Source: Glaucostegus cemiculus
Taxonomy: Eukaryota
Assembly (NCBI GenBank): GCA_976551045.1
Contig: CDPCPM010000418.1
Location: 3,472,001-3,536,000, forward strand
Length of the DNA: 64,000 bases
Direction: 5' to 3'
This document shows, piece by piece, positions 45,860-59,004 of this stretch. The translations under genes were made by a program, and so were the position numbers. Under the pieces are notes generated by a model, which did not search any database, was not told the DNA's origin, and saw nothing but the letters and a program-made list of their open reading frames with translations. The first letter of the stretch is position 1. Each line of letters starts with the position of its first letter.

Positions 45860-47660
45860 TTGGTATGAAAGTTAAATACATATTTTGGACCTGCCTTCAT
45901 AGAAGAAAACAGAAAAATTATGGAAAATGAGGAGAACATCTGGTCTAGAATGGATGAGGAGTTCAAATAAATTAATAAATGAATATTGAAGAAATTAGTG
46001 GGGCTGAAAGGCAATAAAAGTCCATGAACTTGAATAAATGACCTGCATCCTGGGATTTTGAAAGCAATGGTAATAGAAATAGTTGATAGTATGAGTACCA
46101 TCTTCCAAAATCCCACAGATTCTACAATGGTTCCCACAGATTGGAAAATAACAACTGTTGCCCCACTATTTCAGAAGGACATGGAAACAGGGAACTATAG
46201 GCAAGTTAACCGCACACCAGTTGCAGGGAAAATGCTGGAATCTATTATTAAAGAAATGGTAATAGAAAACTTAGAAAATAGTGATGGGATTGAGCAGAGT
46301 CAACATCAATTTATTAAAGGGACATCATGTTTGACATTTGTTGGATGTTGTTGCAAATAGCAGAATAGATGAGGGTGAACCAGTTGATGTGATATACTTG
46401 GACTTTCAGAAGATCTTCAGTAAGGTGCCATACAAGAGAATACAGCACTTGGAATTTGGGATAACACGCAAGTGTTGATTGAGGATTGATAAACGGATAG
46501 AAACAGACGCTCGGAATAAATGGGTCATGTTCAGGTTGGGAGGCAGTGATGAGGAGAGTGCTGCAGGGATCTGTACCTGGGCCTCAGCATTTCACATTCT
46601 CTGTTAATGAAATGAGTGAGGAAGTAATTTTTTTTAAATAATTTTATTTTATTTACAGCATGGTAACAGGCCCTTTCGGCTCAACGAGTCCACACCACCC
46701 ATTTTAAACCCCCAAATTAACCTACCCGTACGTCTTTCAGAATGTGGGAGGAAACCGGAGCACCCGGAGGAAACCCACGCAGACATGGGAGAACGTACAA
46801 ACTCCTTACAGACAGCGACTGTACCATAACATATCCAGATTTGCTAATGACACAAAGATGTGTGGCAACATGGATGCAGAGGAGGATGCAGAGAGATTTT
46901 AGGGGATTAGAGCAAGTTATGTGAATGGCATGTGGTGTATGAATGTAGAAAAATGTGAAGTCATCCATTTTAATACAAAAAAGATGAGAAACATGAAGTA
47001 GTTTTATAAATGGTGAGAGACTGAAAATGTTCAGAAGGACTCAGTCCATGTATATGAACCACTGAAAGTTAGTGTGTAGGTATAGCAAGTAATTAGGAAG
47101 GCAAGCGGTACGTTAACCTTTATTGCAAGGGGATTTGAGTACAAGAGTAGAAAAGTCTTGCTCCAATTATATAGCACCCTAGTGAGACTGCATCTGGAAC
47201 ATTATGTGCAGGTCTAATCTCCCTAATGTAAGGAAGGATATGCTTATGATATAGGAAGTGCAATGAAGGTTCAGCAAACGGATTCCTGAGATGGTGGGTT
47301 TGTTCTATGAGAAGAGATTAAGCAGATTGGGTTTAATGAGAGGCGATCACATTGAAACATACAAAGTTCTTATAGATCTTGACAGGATAATGATTCTCTT
47401 GGCTGGGATAACTAGAATCAGGTTCACTATCCGGGATGTGGAGAGAAGAAATTTCTTCACCCAGAGGGCAGTGAATTCTCCACCCAGTAAGTCTGTGGAG
47501 GCAAAGTCACTGAGTGTATTCAGGACCAAGGTCAATAGATATTAAGGAACTAGTGCAGGAAAACAATGTAGTAGCACATCAGCCATGATCTTATTGAATA
47601 GTAGAGCTGTGACAAGGAGCCAAAGGGCCTACACTTGTTTCTATTCTGCACATTCTAATG
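45860..47660 (+). mobile_element. Decayed CR1 ORF2 RT region to 3' tail
   Basis: VPTDWKITTVAPLFQK..GNYRQV..GKMLESIIKE..SQHQFIKG; RRNFFTQRAVN. Confidence 0.92.
46630..46818 (-). mobile_element. Young 5'-truncated V-SINE with short CR1-like tail and (TAAAA)n end
   Basis: CpG-retaining gtgggaggaaaccggagcacccggaggaaacccacgcagac..gaacgtacaaactcc; tail aacaggccctttcggctcaacgagtcc. Confidence 0.9.
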
Positions 47661-48203
47661 CTCTGGTCTAAGCCTTTTTCCAAAATAAGAAGCCAGTGGG
47701 GTTTGATTTATTCAGCACTTTTTAAAATTCTGCACATTAAATTCTGCACATTTCTGAGACAATTTCAGTAAGTAATCAGAGGTACAGTTTCACTAACATT
47801 ATTAGCAGCAAATAAAAATGGAAATGAAAAAAATAGCAAGAATATGACTTGGGATTATTGACTTTAATTTCATTCAAGAAAATTTTGTGCTGACACAATG
47901 GCAGTTATGTAAATGAAACCTGCAGAAGGAAATTTGTGCAATCACGCTAAAGACTGCATCAGTAGGTGCCCATAATCTGACAGAAAACAGGAATGTGATG
48001 CAGTTTTATGGAGGTATACCTAAAAAACCAAAAGAACGGACAATAGTAAGAATATAATTATGTTTTATTTGTGAAAATATTGATCTTGGTTGATTAGATC
48101 CAAGATAAGCTAGATAAAGATGGAAATTGGACAGGACACTGTCGTGTAAATTTCATAATCATGAATATCAGTGACTCGATGTTGATATTAATAGTTGGGG
48201 GGA

Positions 48204-48400
48204 GGAGAGAGAGAGAGAGAGAGAGAAATAAAGAGTCAGATAGACAGATTGAGACAAAGAGACAGAGAGAGAGAGAGAGAAAGAGAGGCAGAGAGAGACA
48301 CACACAAAAGAGACAGAAACACAGAGCAAGAGGGATCAACAAAGACATACATAGAGAAAGAAAGAGAGAGAGACAGACACAGACAGTCAAAGAGACAGCA
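48204..48400. repeat. Degenerate (AG)n/(AGAC)n microsatellite
   Basis: Directly visible. Confidence 0.9.
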
Positions 48401-49367
48401 TCTTCTGGAATTGACAAGTAAACATTATTTGAGACAATTATCTTCCTCTTTTGTAAATATTTTAATTTGAATCCCTCCATTCTAACCATTAAACAAAACA
48501 AAACCGTTACAAATTCGTTGCTTAATAAATTAACATTTGCTTTAGTGACAAAATATCAGCATAAAATTTTCTTGGATGAATAGACTAATAATCACAGGTC
48601 ATATTTTTGCTGTTTAAGAAAATGTTTTACATTTCTTCACAAAGAAATGCATTACTATCAAAATTTTGTACTCAATTTGTGAGACACTCACGTTTGTATT
48701 CAAAATGGAAATGAGATGTGGAGATTGAATGTTGCAAAGTGCAAGGCCAAGGCTTGCTTGATTGATCTCTCCGTCTAGACAAAAGCTGTTGGAGAACCCC
48801 AGATATATTTACACATGGATAATTGCAGAATCTATTTGGATTTATCAGCTTCATTAAAAACAAGCCACACTCGCCAACACTCCAGAAAAAAGGTTTTCTG
48901 CTTCAAATATTTGAAGTTTTTTCCCCAATCCCCCTTGCTTTATTTGATTTCAATTTGCAGATGAAAATTTTGGGAGTTTCCTGGGTGTCATAGTATATTG
49001 ATGCAGAAAAAAATACTATTAAATGGCTTTCATCCAATGCCCCTGAATAATCATATCAGATTTAGTCCTAATTTAAGTCCTAAACAGAGTAACCAATCAC
49101 TATCAGGGTTTCTGGATCTCAGACAATACCAAATCTACAATAAAAAGAAAAGATTTAGCTTCAGTATAAATGTGATGTGAAAAATATAACTCTGAAGGTA
49201 CAGGAAGTCAGCTTAACAAGCTTTCTTAATTCAAACTCTGAGTTCTTTAAAGAAGAATTATACAGGGAAAATACACACATAAAGAAGTTGTTCATTTCCA
49301 TCCAATTTTCATCTTTATCAAGGTTATCTTGGATTCAAATAATCAAGATCAATATTTTTACAAATGG

Positions 49368-49370
<3 letters not shown>

Positions 49371-49431
<61 letters not shown>

Positions 49432-49445
49432 GTGTGTGCGTGCGC
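49371..49445. repeat. (TG)n microsatellite
   Basis: Perfect TG run followed by TGCG variants. Confidence 0.98.
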
Positions 49446-50764
49446 ACACATGTGCATGTGTACATTGATAATTCTCTCTTTAAATCTAGGTATACAAGTA
49501 AAACCAAGGCTTTACCAAGCTCAACAAGCAAAAATAGTTAAGCCCTCTGTTGAACATACTATATGGCTCTAGCTCCCCATCGTATACTTTATAATCGTAA
49601 CACCTTTTATGCTTTATTACTTTTCCAGTTTAATTGTGGATTTGTGACTCCCATTGCTAGGTTACATTCAACTGCACACCACTTAACTATAATGTTGATA
49701 CCAACTTAATACGCATTGCACAATTATTAATTGTGTTTATTAATTGTGTTTAATCCAAAGCATATTGAGATGTGATTTCAAGTTCTGGTTATATGACGAA
49801 TTTGAAGATGAATGAATAACAAAATTCTTCCTCACATAAAAGGCTAATCAAAATCTGTGATTTTCAGCTCCCTTCTTCACCTTGACTATACTTCTGAGGA
49901 CATCCACTAGCTCTGCAATACTGATCAGCTCTTATCATATAATTTGTACCCCTGCTAAGGTTAAGTTTCAACCCATCCTGGAAGACTTACCCAAGAAGTC
50001 AGAAGAACACTGCTCAGGAAGCAGAAAAAGGCACTCCAGTGCTTGTCTGGAAGAAATATTGTCTACTTGGGTGTCTAATCCACTGGTCATTGCATGCAAC
50101 ACTGACAAGTTTTATAATAAGGAACACGATTCCTACTCAAACATGTTCCACCATTCAAAAAAATCCTGACTTGCTTGTACTTTAGTTTCAGCCAAGCATC
50201 TTGGTTCTGTATCCCTTTATACTCTTGTTTGCCAAAAGTCTAACAGCTTCAGTACTAAAACTGAATTTTTCTTAATTTCTCCGTTTGAATGTCCTAGGTT
50301 TAATTCTGTTATGCTTTCAATTTCCTAGAGCAGAATGAGTTTCATTCCATTTACCTTAAGTTCTTTAAAAATATTAAAAATGTCAAACAAATCACACTTT
50401 AAACTTCTGGAATTTCCTGGAATTATAGGACAAATAATTGCTCTGCATAACCTACTATTTGGAGCCTTGATAATTTTCTGATGAATCTCTGCAGCACTCT
50501 TCACAGTGCTAAAGTGTGTTTCTTTAAGCCCAGTAATGAACACTGGGATATACTCGACAGCAATAATGCCTTTATTTCTCCATTCTCCATTGAATAAGCA
50601 AAGGTTTGTTTGTGGGGGGGGGGGACAGGGGAATTGCACAAAAAACATCAAAGGCTGGCAGCACTTGTTGCATTTTGCTGTCTTCTCCCTCTGTTGGATA
50701 CCCATTTCTATGACAAACTGCAGTGAGTATTACATGCAGTGACCAATGGATTAGGTACCCAACT

Positions 50765-51110
50765 AGACAATCTCTCTCCCAGGTAACTACTTCTATTTAC
50801 AGAATAAGAAGTGATTACACAACTTATCCACAGCAGCACACAGAGTGTGGGATGATGGCTAGATAATCTTTTTTAAAAATTATTTTGGTTGAGGAGTAAA
50901 CATTGACCAAAACATCGAGAAGAACTCCCCTTCCCTTCCTCCAAATAATACAATGACACCTTTACATACAAAGGTAGCAGACAGGATCTCCGTTTAACAC
51001 CCCCTCCAAAAGGCAGCATCTCAGACATAGCAGTACTCCTTTACTATTGCACTTGAATTGGGAGTCTGGATAACAGGCACAAGTCAATTCAGGAAACCTT
51101 TCCCTGAACC
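50765..51110 (-). mobile_element. DeuSINE
   Basis: ggttgaggagtaaacattgacc..gagaactcccc; cagtactcctttactattgcac. Confidence 0.8.
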
Positions 51111-51199
51111 TGAGTGGTTTGCCAGGTCAGTGACAGATCTCAGACACACTTCGACACTAAAGTCCCACACATTCCTTCTGAGAAAAAAAAGCAACTGAC

Positions 51200-51357
51200 C
51201 TTGCGAGTTTGACTTGTTTTCACAGTCGAAGGTCGTTTGACTTCTTCCTTCAAAGAAACACACACACGCAGCATTTCTGAAGCTGAGCAACAATTATCGA
51301 GGGAGCAGAATCCACCAGCCTGCGGACTCCTGGTCATCTGCATTTTTTGCACTTCAC
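51200..51357 (-). CDS. Candidate exon (158 nt) of an unidentified gene; single fully open frame EVQKMQMTRSPQAGGFCSLDNCCSASEMLRVCVSLKEEVKRPSTVKTSQTRK
   Basis: Branch-like tttaac, polypyrimidine ccttttctttcccttccaattctaAG acceptor, donor AAG|GTCAGT; 6 CpGs retained; non-repetitive. Coding status not proven. Confidence 0.6.
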
Positions 51358-51759
51358 CTTAGAATTGGAAGGGAAAGAAAAGGGTAGTTAAACAAAAAGG
51401 CTTCTCTTTTTGAGACCTAAAAAAAAGGAGGCAAAAAGAAACAATTATGGAGCCCAAAGCTACACAGGGGGAGGGGCAGAGCAAGTAAAATTAAACTTGA
51501 ATGACCTCCTTCTCTGCACTTTGAGTCTGTGACATTGAGAACGACTGGAAAAGGGGGTTGTAGCAGAGAGAGTAAGGGATGGATGGAGCTAAACTACAGC
51601 TAAGCTACATCTCAGAAGTGGGAGAGGAATGGACTGGGAAAACAGTAGACAAAGACTGAATCATCAAGATATAAACATGGACTGATAGATCAAGGTTTTA
51701 AATAATGACATTTAAGAATCAGGGTATATTTAAACAAGATTTTCCTTTAGTTATTTCAA

Positions 51760-52265
51760 TGGTTTTCTGGTCAGCCTCCCCAACACACCCTCTGTAAAAC
51801 TGAACTCATTCAAAACTCTGCTGCTCCTACCCAAACTCCCAAGTCCCTTTCACTCATCAGCCCATGCTCATTGACCTGCAGTGCATCCTGGAATTGCAAT
51901 GCTTCAATTTAAAAATCAGTGTGCTTGTTTTCAAATCCCTCTATGGCCTTAGTCTTCCCAATTGTTTAATTCCCTCCAGACCTACAAACCTCCAAGTCCT
52001 TAACACTTATCCATTTCTGGTCTTTCACACACCCCAATTTTCTCCACCCTGACTATGGTAATCAAAACTTCAAGTTCTGAAACTCTTCTCAAAACTTCTT
52101 GATTCCACTTTCATTCGTTTTATGTCTCCTTCTTTAAGACAGGTCTCAAATCCTCTTTAACCAAGGCTTGGCTCACCTGCTTGCCATCCAATTTTGTCAG
52201 ATTATACTCCTGCAAAGTGCTTTGGGGCACTTTACAATGTTAAAAATGCTATATAGATGTAAATC
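51760..52265 (+). mobile_element. L2-clade LINE 3' end
   Basis: ELIQNSAA..LISPxLIDLQCILELQCFNLKISVLVFKSLYGL; terminus gtgctttggggcactttacaatgttaaaaatgctatata. Confidence 0.85.
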
Positions 52266-53169
52266 ATGATTGTTTCCCCGTGGCTGAGTTCAAAACTTCA
52301 TGGCAACATGTCAGTAAGAGTTTGTAAGTGTAATCTGACAATTTGTGGTGGGTGTAATTCAATAGTTGGTCTACTTGTTGCTGCCAGATGAGCAGCTTCA
52401 CAGATGGTTGATAGACTGAGTTCACAATGATAACTAAATTAACATTAAAATTGTGTACCCAATCACCATGAGCAGCAGAAAGAACTGGAGACGATTTCCC
52501 AAGTAAACCAATTATATCCCGAATCAAAACATTGCCACTTTAAATGCACAAACCCTTGCCACCCCAATAGGTTTTTTTTAAAAAAGAAAACACCCATTCT
52601 GCAACTGACAGATTTAATCTTTAATGCAATACTGAGCCATGCACAGTTGCCAGTATGGATATCAGTCTAGAAGTGGCAGAAAGAACTGTGTTCAGAAATG
52701 AGGGATGAAACCCTAATATCACCAGCCAGATGCTGGAATACCACGCTTAAACTAAAGCCTCACTCCAGGATGAAAGCACGTCAGAAAGACACTCTTCAAC
52801 AGCACATTGCTGCTATTGTTCAATATATGGCATTTCCAATATTCAACACAAAGGTAAGAAGGAACTTCATTTCCTATTACGGAAGTGGTTTTCTATCACA
52901 ACACTGCAACCACATTTCTTTAAGTCTGACTTGATCCTTTGTGTATGAGGCACTGCAAAACAGTAGCTTTCAACTGTGTGCAAATCATATAATAATTTAC
53001 AGGGAATCTTGACTGCAATCCCTCTCATCCTCTCAATCTCAAGGAATTAAGGTAAACCATCTACCATCTGCAATGTTACAAATCTGGTAACAGCAAAATG
53101 CTCCCCTTGTTATATTAATTGCAACAGTAATTTTGGGCTTAATTTCTCGATGATACACATTGACACTAT

Positions 53170-53575
53170 GAGGCTTAATGACAGCAGGATCAGGAACCAT
53201 TTAGTCAGTTGAATCACTTGGCACAGGAGAAAGCATGGCAGTTCTTTCCAAGGACTATTCATTAACCTATCCTTCCGCTTGTACCCATGGCCCCGCTTAA
53301 TCTCTCTTCAATTGTATATCTCATTCTCTTCTTAAAGTTGTGAATAAATCCGCTCCCACTACCTTATCAGGCAGTTTATACCAGTTGACACCACACTACA
53401 AAATAAATTTCACTCATTGAACCCCAACCCATTGCCCACCCAACACTAGAACTTTTACCAATTATCTTAAATCTGTATTCTATTTATCCTCCTATCACTG
53501 GGAACAGATTCATTTTCAATGGAAACCTTTCAGACAGGATGGGCCAAATGACCATTTCCAATGCTGTATGATTCC
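53170..53575 (-). mobile_element. Decayed CR1 3' end, plus a short + strand tail at 53530-53575
   Basis: caggatcaggaaccatttagtc..ccgctcccactaccttatcaggcag. Confidence 0.65.
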
Positions 53576-53589
53576 ATAATTCCCCAAGG

Positions 53590-53800
53590 TGGGATTGCGT
53601 GCTGGGAAGTAGTTTCACGAGTACTGTTTGAGTTCCGGTTCCTCACCCGAACAGCTGTTCTGCCAATGTGAACCTGCTTATAGGGAATTACTTGGAGGAG
53701 ACATTTCAGCAAAGCAGAGGTACGACCTCAGCCAGATCCGCAAGCTTCCAAGCGAGATGTTAGTAAACAACAATGTGAAGTGGCAAACCTGCACTGGTTT
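53590..53800 (-). promoter_or_regulatory. Small CpG-retaining patch, candidate alternative promoter or first exon
   Basis: 7 CpGs in ~170 bp; donor CGG|GTGAGG at 53647; ETS core CCGGAA; ZNF143/Staf-like AACTACTTCCCAGCACGC (53597-53615). Confidence 0.35.
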
Positions 53801-54055
53801 CCCCCATCTCAATTATGGCTGCTACATACATTTAACTCTTCAGTCCACCTGAGCTAAGCCAATGCTTACACTCCATGTGAGCCTTCTCCTAATCTTCTTC
53901 TACCATCCCTCTGGTCTTTTCTTCCTTATGCATATAACTAGCTTCTCCCTAAATGAATTTGTTATCCTTCCTAACTATTCATACTCACTTGGGTTTCCTA
54001 TTGGAATTATTTATGTTTCTTATTTCTGTTGCAATCAGATGACTCAGTACAGTGG

Positions 54056-54136
54056 GGGAGAGGAGAGAGACAGAGAGAGTCAGTGAGAGAGAGAGACAGA
54101 GAGAGTCCGTGAGAGAGAGAGAGAGAGCGAGAGAGT
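54056..54136. repeat. (AG)n-rich microsatellite with a higher-order ~28-bp repeat
   Basis: gagagagacagagagagtc(a/c)gtgagagaga repeated. Confidence 0.9.
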
Positions 54137-55749
54137 GTCAGAGGTCAGAATAGTGGAGGAAATGTTGTGGGGGGTAAGTGGAAGGGGATGCACACAGAAG
54201 CTTGAGTCTCTCAAGTGGCTTTGTTTGCTGGTTTGTTTCCACTCACTCAGAAGGATGGAACATCATTGGTTGCTAGGTGCATTTCCAAGAAAACGTTTAC
54301 GAGCCTTGATTTCTCAAACACTCCATCTAACAACCTACCACAAGTGCACAAGTACAACTTAATTATGAGTTTTGGGCTGACAACAAAGCTGTCTTATCCC
54401 TTTTACTTAAGTAAGCCAAGATCATCATCCTCAGTGGTCTTCTGTCAACCATGGATCTGTGATCTAGCATCACCTGGAGCAACGTTCAAAACCCCAGCAC
54501 GTGCTCTCAGAGAGTAGAATGCCATTACCCAGTCAAATTTTCACTCTGGGGCTAAAGGATGTCATAGGTTGATTATGTGTGTTACTGAGTGTCTGTAGAA
54601 CCTCAATGCACAGTACATTTAGTATTGAAATACACAGGATAAGCAGGCAACTTTACCTCCTACTGAAGAAGGAATTCATATCCCTGCACTGGAGCCTTGT
54701 TACAGTAATTCTGACAATCCCAATGACAATGCAATAAAATACACCAACCATTAACTGTGTGCAAATCACACAATAATTTAATGGTGGAACAGACTCGATG
54801 GGTTGAATGGTCTAATTCTGCTCCTTTGTCTTATGGTCTACAGGGACTCCCATGCTTGCTCCATATTCATTTTCTTTATAGATCATGTCCTTCATTCTTC
54901 AATTCTGCAACACAAATAGAATTTACCTTTGCATTCAGTGTTTCTTTGTCCAATAGGATGGAGATACTATAACTGTAACACCCAAGCTCTATTGAAATTT
55001 AGATGTGGGGAAAGTCTCAGATTCTTTGTGCTGAATATATTACTGGTAGCAGAGTGTCACACTAATATCCTATCAAAATAAAGCCTCTATAATCCATGCT
55101 GAAGGATACAGCAAGATTTGAGGAATATGTATAACAAAATCTACTGCACTCAAAATCCCTCACTGCGTAACATGATAAAGATGTTTTATTAACATAAGTA
55201 ATATTAATTATATTAAAGAGAGATCTTTGTTGACAGCATGAAATGCAGTTGTAAAAAATAACCTCAAGGACAGCTTTCTATTGCCTAGAAAAATTCACCT
55301 ACATTATTAATGTAACATCTTTACATAAATGCAGTGTGCCTATCCATTTCAGATTAACAGTATCATTAGAATGTACAGACTGAAAAAGGCCATTCAGCCC
55401 ATCAGGTAAGTGCCAGTGTTTATGATCCATGCAAGTCTCCTCCCACCCTACACCATTTACTTTTATTCCTCAGCATGCATCTATCCAGCCTCCTTTGAAA
55501 AGTAACTCGCCTCAATTACTCCAACTGGAAGCAAATTCCACATTCTCTGGTGAAAAACCTTCTGAACTTGGTGCTTAGTTAACTTTAGCTTAAAAAGGTC
55601 ATGTTAATGTCTTACAAAAACAACAATTTTTGAATTAACTTTCCAAAATGAGAACCAGATATTAAAACATTTCCTTTCCTTTTTACTGCCACTGCTAAGG
55701 TCTGATGAAGCACAGACATTAGTTCTTAATGGACGCTCATTAGCACCAA

Positions 55750-56020
55750 GGGGCAGAATTTACCCTTGGTCATGCTGATAATCACACAATATAACAGCGG
55801 TTGTATGTTGTACTCCACTTCAGAAACTCTGTTTAATTGACTTCAATGGAACCAAATTTCGGAAGCAGAGGACAGCATATAGCAACATCTACACTGCACG
55901 TTTAGTAACCCTACCCAAGGACCTGCTTTATTTGTTCACATTCCAGCCATCACTCTGAGCTCAACAGTGCTCCAGTTAATTTTCCCCCCAGGTGTTATCG
56001 ATACCATTGAAATCTACTCT
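55750..56020. mobile_element. Old palindromic MITE-like element
   Basis: Central palindrome attgacttcaat (55857); termini ggggcagaatt / gaaatctactct; ccttgg / ccaagg arms. Confidence 0.4.
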
Positions 56021-56432
56021 AAGCAGCCTAATAACAGTCTAGACACAATAACAAGATTTGAAAAAAAAGGCTGTCCAACTGGGGACAGGTAATGTGGCCT
56101 CACTAAAAGATGTTTAACGAGGTTCACTTGGAACTGTTGTAGTCCTAGCATTGTGTGTAAAAATAAAAGGCAATAAATTTAGAAGGATAATAACAGTAAC
56201 ATACATTTATATAGAACCTTCAATACAGTAAAACATGCTATGTTACCATTAACTTTAAAACTTTAACTCCAAACCGCATAAGCAATATTTGGACAGATCA
56301 AAATCTTGCTCAAGGAGGTGGAATTTTAAGGAGGTATTGAGGTGCAGCGGTTTAGGAACTGAACCCCAGAGTTCACAGATCTGTGGTAAAACAGACTAGC
56401 TCTGATTTTAAAGTTTTAACGGAGTCAATAGA

Positions 56433-56924
56433 ACATAGAACATAGAACATAGAACATAGAACAGTACAGCACAGAACAGGCATTTCGGCCCATCAAGCTG
56501 TGCCATCCTACAAACATCTCCCAAACTAACTCTTTCCACCCTCATATCCTACTATTCCACATTCTTCCATGTGCTTATCTAACAATCTCTTAAACCTGTC
56601 CAACATATCTGCCTCCACTACCACCCCAGGCAGTGCATTCCATGCACCAACCACTCTCTGGGTGAAAAACTTCCCTCTGACATCTCCCCTATACTTTCCA
56701 CCAATTATCTTAAAGGCATGCCCTCTTGTCTTGAGCATCTGTGCTCTGGGAAAGAGGCGCTGACTATTAACTCTATCTATTCCTCTCAATATCTTAAACA
56801 CCTCTATCAAGTCCCCTCTCATCCTCCTCCTCTCTAATGAGTAGAGCCCCAGCACCTTAAGCCTCTCTTTATATTCCATACCCTCCAATCCAGGCATCAT
56901 CCTGGTAAATCGCCTCTGCACCCT
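56433..56924 (-). mobile_element. Young 5'-truncated CR1 with intact C-terminal frame
   Basis: [50 protein letters not shown]; (TTCTATG)n tail; TSD aataga at 56427-56432 and 56925-56930. Confidence 0.96.
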
Positions 56925-57134
56925 AATAGAGTGAAAGCAAGGAAATTATTTCCTCTGGGACCTCCCCGCACTGAGCAGATGGCCTTTGATGGTCAACTTA
57001 CGATAACCAGGGATGTGCAAGAGACTAGAATTGGAGATAAGCAGAGATCAGAGGATTGGAAGCCATCACAGGAGGAGTGAGGACATGAAAGGCTCTGGAA
57101 AGAGGTATAAGAAAGCTAATAGCCAATGGAAATC

Positions 57135-57333
57135 AAAAAGCTGGAAATCAGAAATAAAAATAGGAAAACACTCAACAGGTCCAAAAGCATCTGTGGAAAG
57201 AGAATCAGTGAAGGTTTCAGGTTTCAGAACTCAGAAGGACTGAGAGGTCCCAGACTTGGAATGTTAACTGTTTCTCTTTCCACAGATGCTGCCTGACATG
57301 CTGAATGTTTCCAGCATGGTCTGTTTTTATTTT
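57135..57333. mobile_element. Head-to-head inverted pair of Penelope terminal repeats
   Basis: gcatctgtggaaagagaa / ttctctttccacagatgc is a perfect 18-bp inverted match; aaataaaaa / tttttattt outer arms. Confidence 0.8.
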
Positions 57334-58307
57334 ATATGAGAATTTTTAAGCCATTGCCAGCCCAGGACACAAATGTTAATCCAGGAATAGGAGTGAACAT
57401 AATGTCAAAAACTGAAGTAGAGGGAACAAACTTGTTCTGCCATTTGATAAGATCATAGTTGATGTACCTAATCTATTTTCCTCACACAATCCCCCCATTC
57501 CTTACTTTCCTTAGAATCCAAAAATGCATTGTTCTCTTCCTTAAATATATTCAAATGAACACACGGAGCCCTTGGACACAGGATTCCACAGAGTTATAGT
57601 GGATTGACAAGACTAGGCAAGTTAGGATCTGGGCAATAAGGCTTAGGATAGTCAGATTAATGAAGGATGCAGGAACAGCCGGACACCTTTGAAACTGCTG
57701 AGTCTGGAGGTAATAGACATGGATGTGTCAGACAGAATGATAGAAAGAGGTAAGTGTACAGCATAAACCAGCCAGGCTGGCTGACCTGACTCCATGCTTC
57801 AAATACAAGATTTCTCAAAAGTCATGGGGAGGTCAAGGGAGAGTGATGGTAAGGTCAATTTTGCCAGTAAATTCTACCAGGTTTCCAAATGAGAAAAAAT
57901 TGCCCAGTTGCAGGAAATTCCTCCAAATGGCACAAATGGAATCTCCTCACTCAAGTATCTTAGCAGAACTGACTGATAACTAGTCATTCACCACCAGCAG
58001 TTTTCTCAAAGTACCCGTATACTGTTTTAAGAGATGGTGAACTGCTAAAATTTCATGAAGAGGGGAAATTCAACTTTAACTACACAAGCATGATTTAGGC
58101 AAGGAGTGTGTGAAGAGGTGCAAAGAGCAGCTTACTAGAGGAGAATGGCAAGTTAATTGCATCTTTGCACAGATTTTAAAATAATTTTGGTCCTCTGAGG
58201 AAAGCTGCTTTAAGTATTTATGTAAATTCTGGATAAGCAATCAATGAAGTGTTATAGATACTAGCAGGTAGATTGGTTTGTGCTAATATAGGTTACTAAG
58301 AGAAGTA

Positions 58308-58625
58308 GCAGCAAGGTGTAGTAACAATTAGTGGTGCTATCTCACAGTTCCAGGAACCTAGGTTTGATTGTTATATCAGGTCCTGCTTTGTGGAGTTTAC
58401 ACTTTCTCCCATGACTATGTGGGTTTCCAACAGGTGCTCTGATTTCCTCCCACATCCCAAAGATATGCTGGTAGTTAACTAGTTAATTTACAGTAATTAC
58501 CCTTTAGTGTGAGTAAATGGCAAAAGAATTGAAGGGGACTTAATCAGCATGTGAGAGAGAATGAAGTAGCAAAGTACAGGTAAATAATGAATGGGATGGA
58601 TGGGATTACTCTGCTGGGAGATGGC
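58308..58625 (+). mobile_element. V-SINE (HE1-type)
   Basis: gtggagtttacactttctcccatgactatgtgggtttcc..tttcctcccacatcccaaaga. Confidence 0.88.
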
Positions 58626-58639
58626 GCAAGTTACGGTCC

Positions 58640-59000
58640 AGTATTGTAGGGCAAAGGTCAGATCTCAGTGAATTATCACAAACAGTTTGGGGACAATACC
58701 TCAGGAAGGAAATCCTAGCCTTGGAAGGCGTATGATACAGATTCATCAGGATTATACCAGGGCTGACAGGTTTACTAAGGGGTAATCTGAACACCTCGGT
58801 CTTACAGGAATCAATTTGCTAGATGCAAATTAATGATTCTCTCTAGTATACCCGCTTGACTAGATGTAACCTCAAAGTTAGAGATGGTCCATGCAGGAAG
58901 TCCTTTTGTAAAATAAATACAAATTGCAGGGGAAATCTGAAACTCTGTACCACAAAAGGCCAAGCTTTGAAACTAGAAATCAACAGACCTTTAATTTGAT
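58640..59000 (+). mobile_element. CR1 ORF2 C-terminal fragment
   Basis: QYLRKEILALEGV*YRFIRIIPGL. Confidence 0.8.
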
Positions 59001-59004
59001 GTTG

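Noticed and set aside
48094-49572. ORFs rich in ER/SL/CV repeats
   Set aside because: Translations of (AG)n and (TG)n microsatellites
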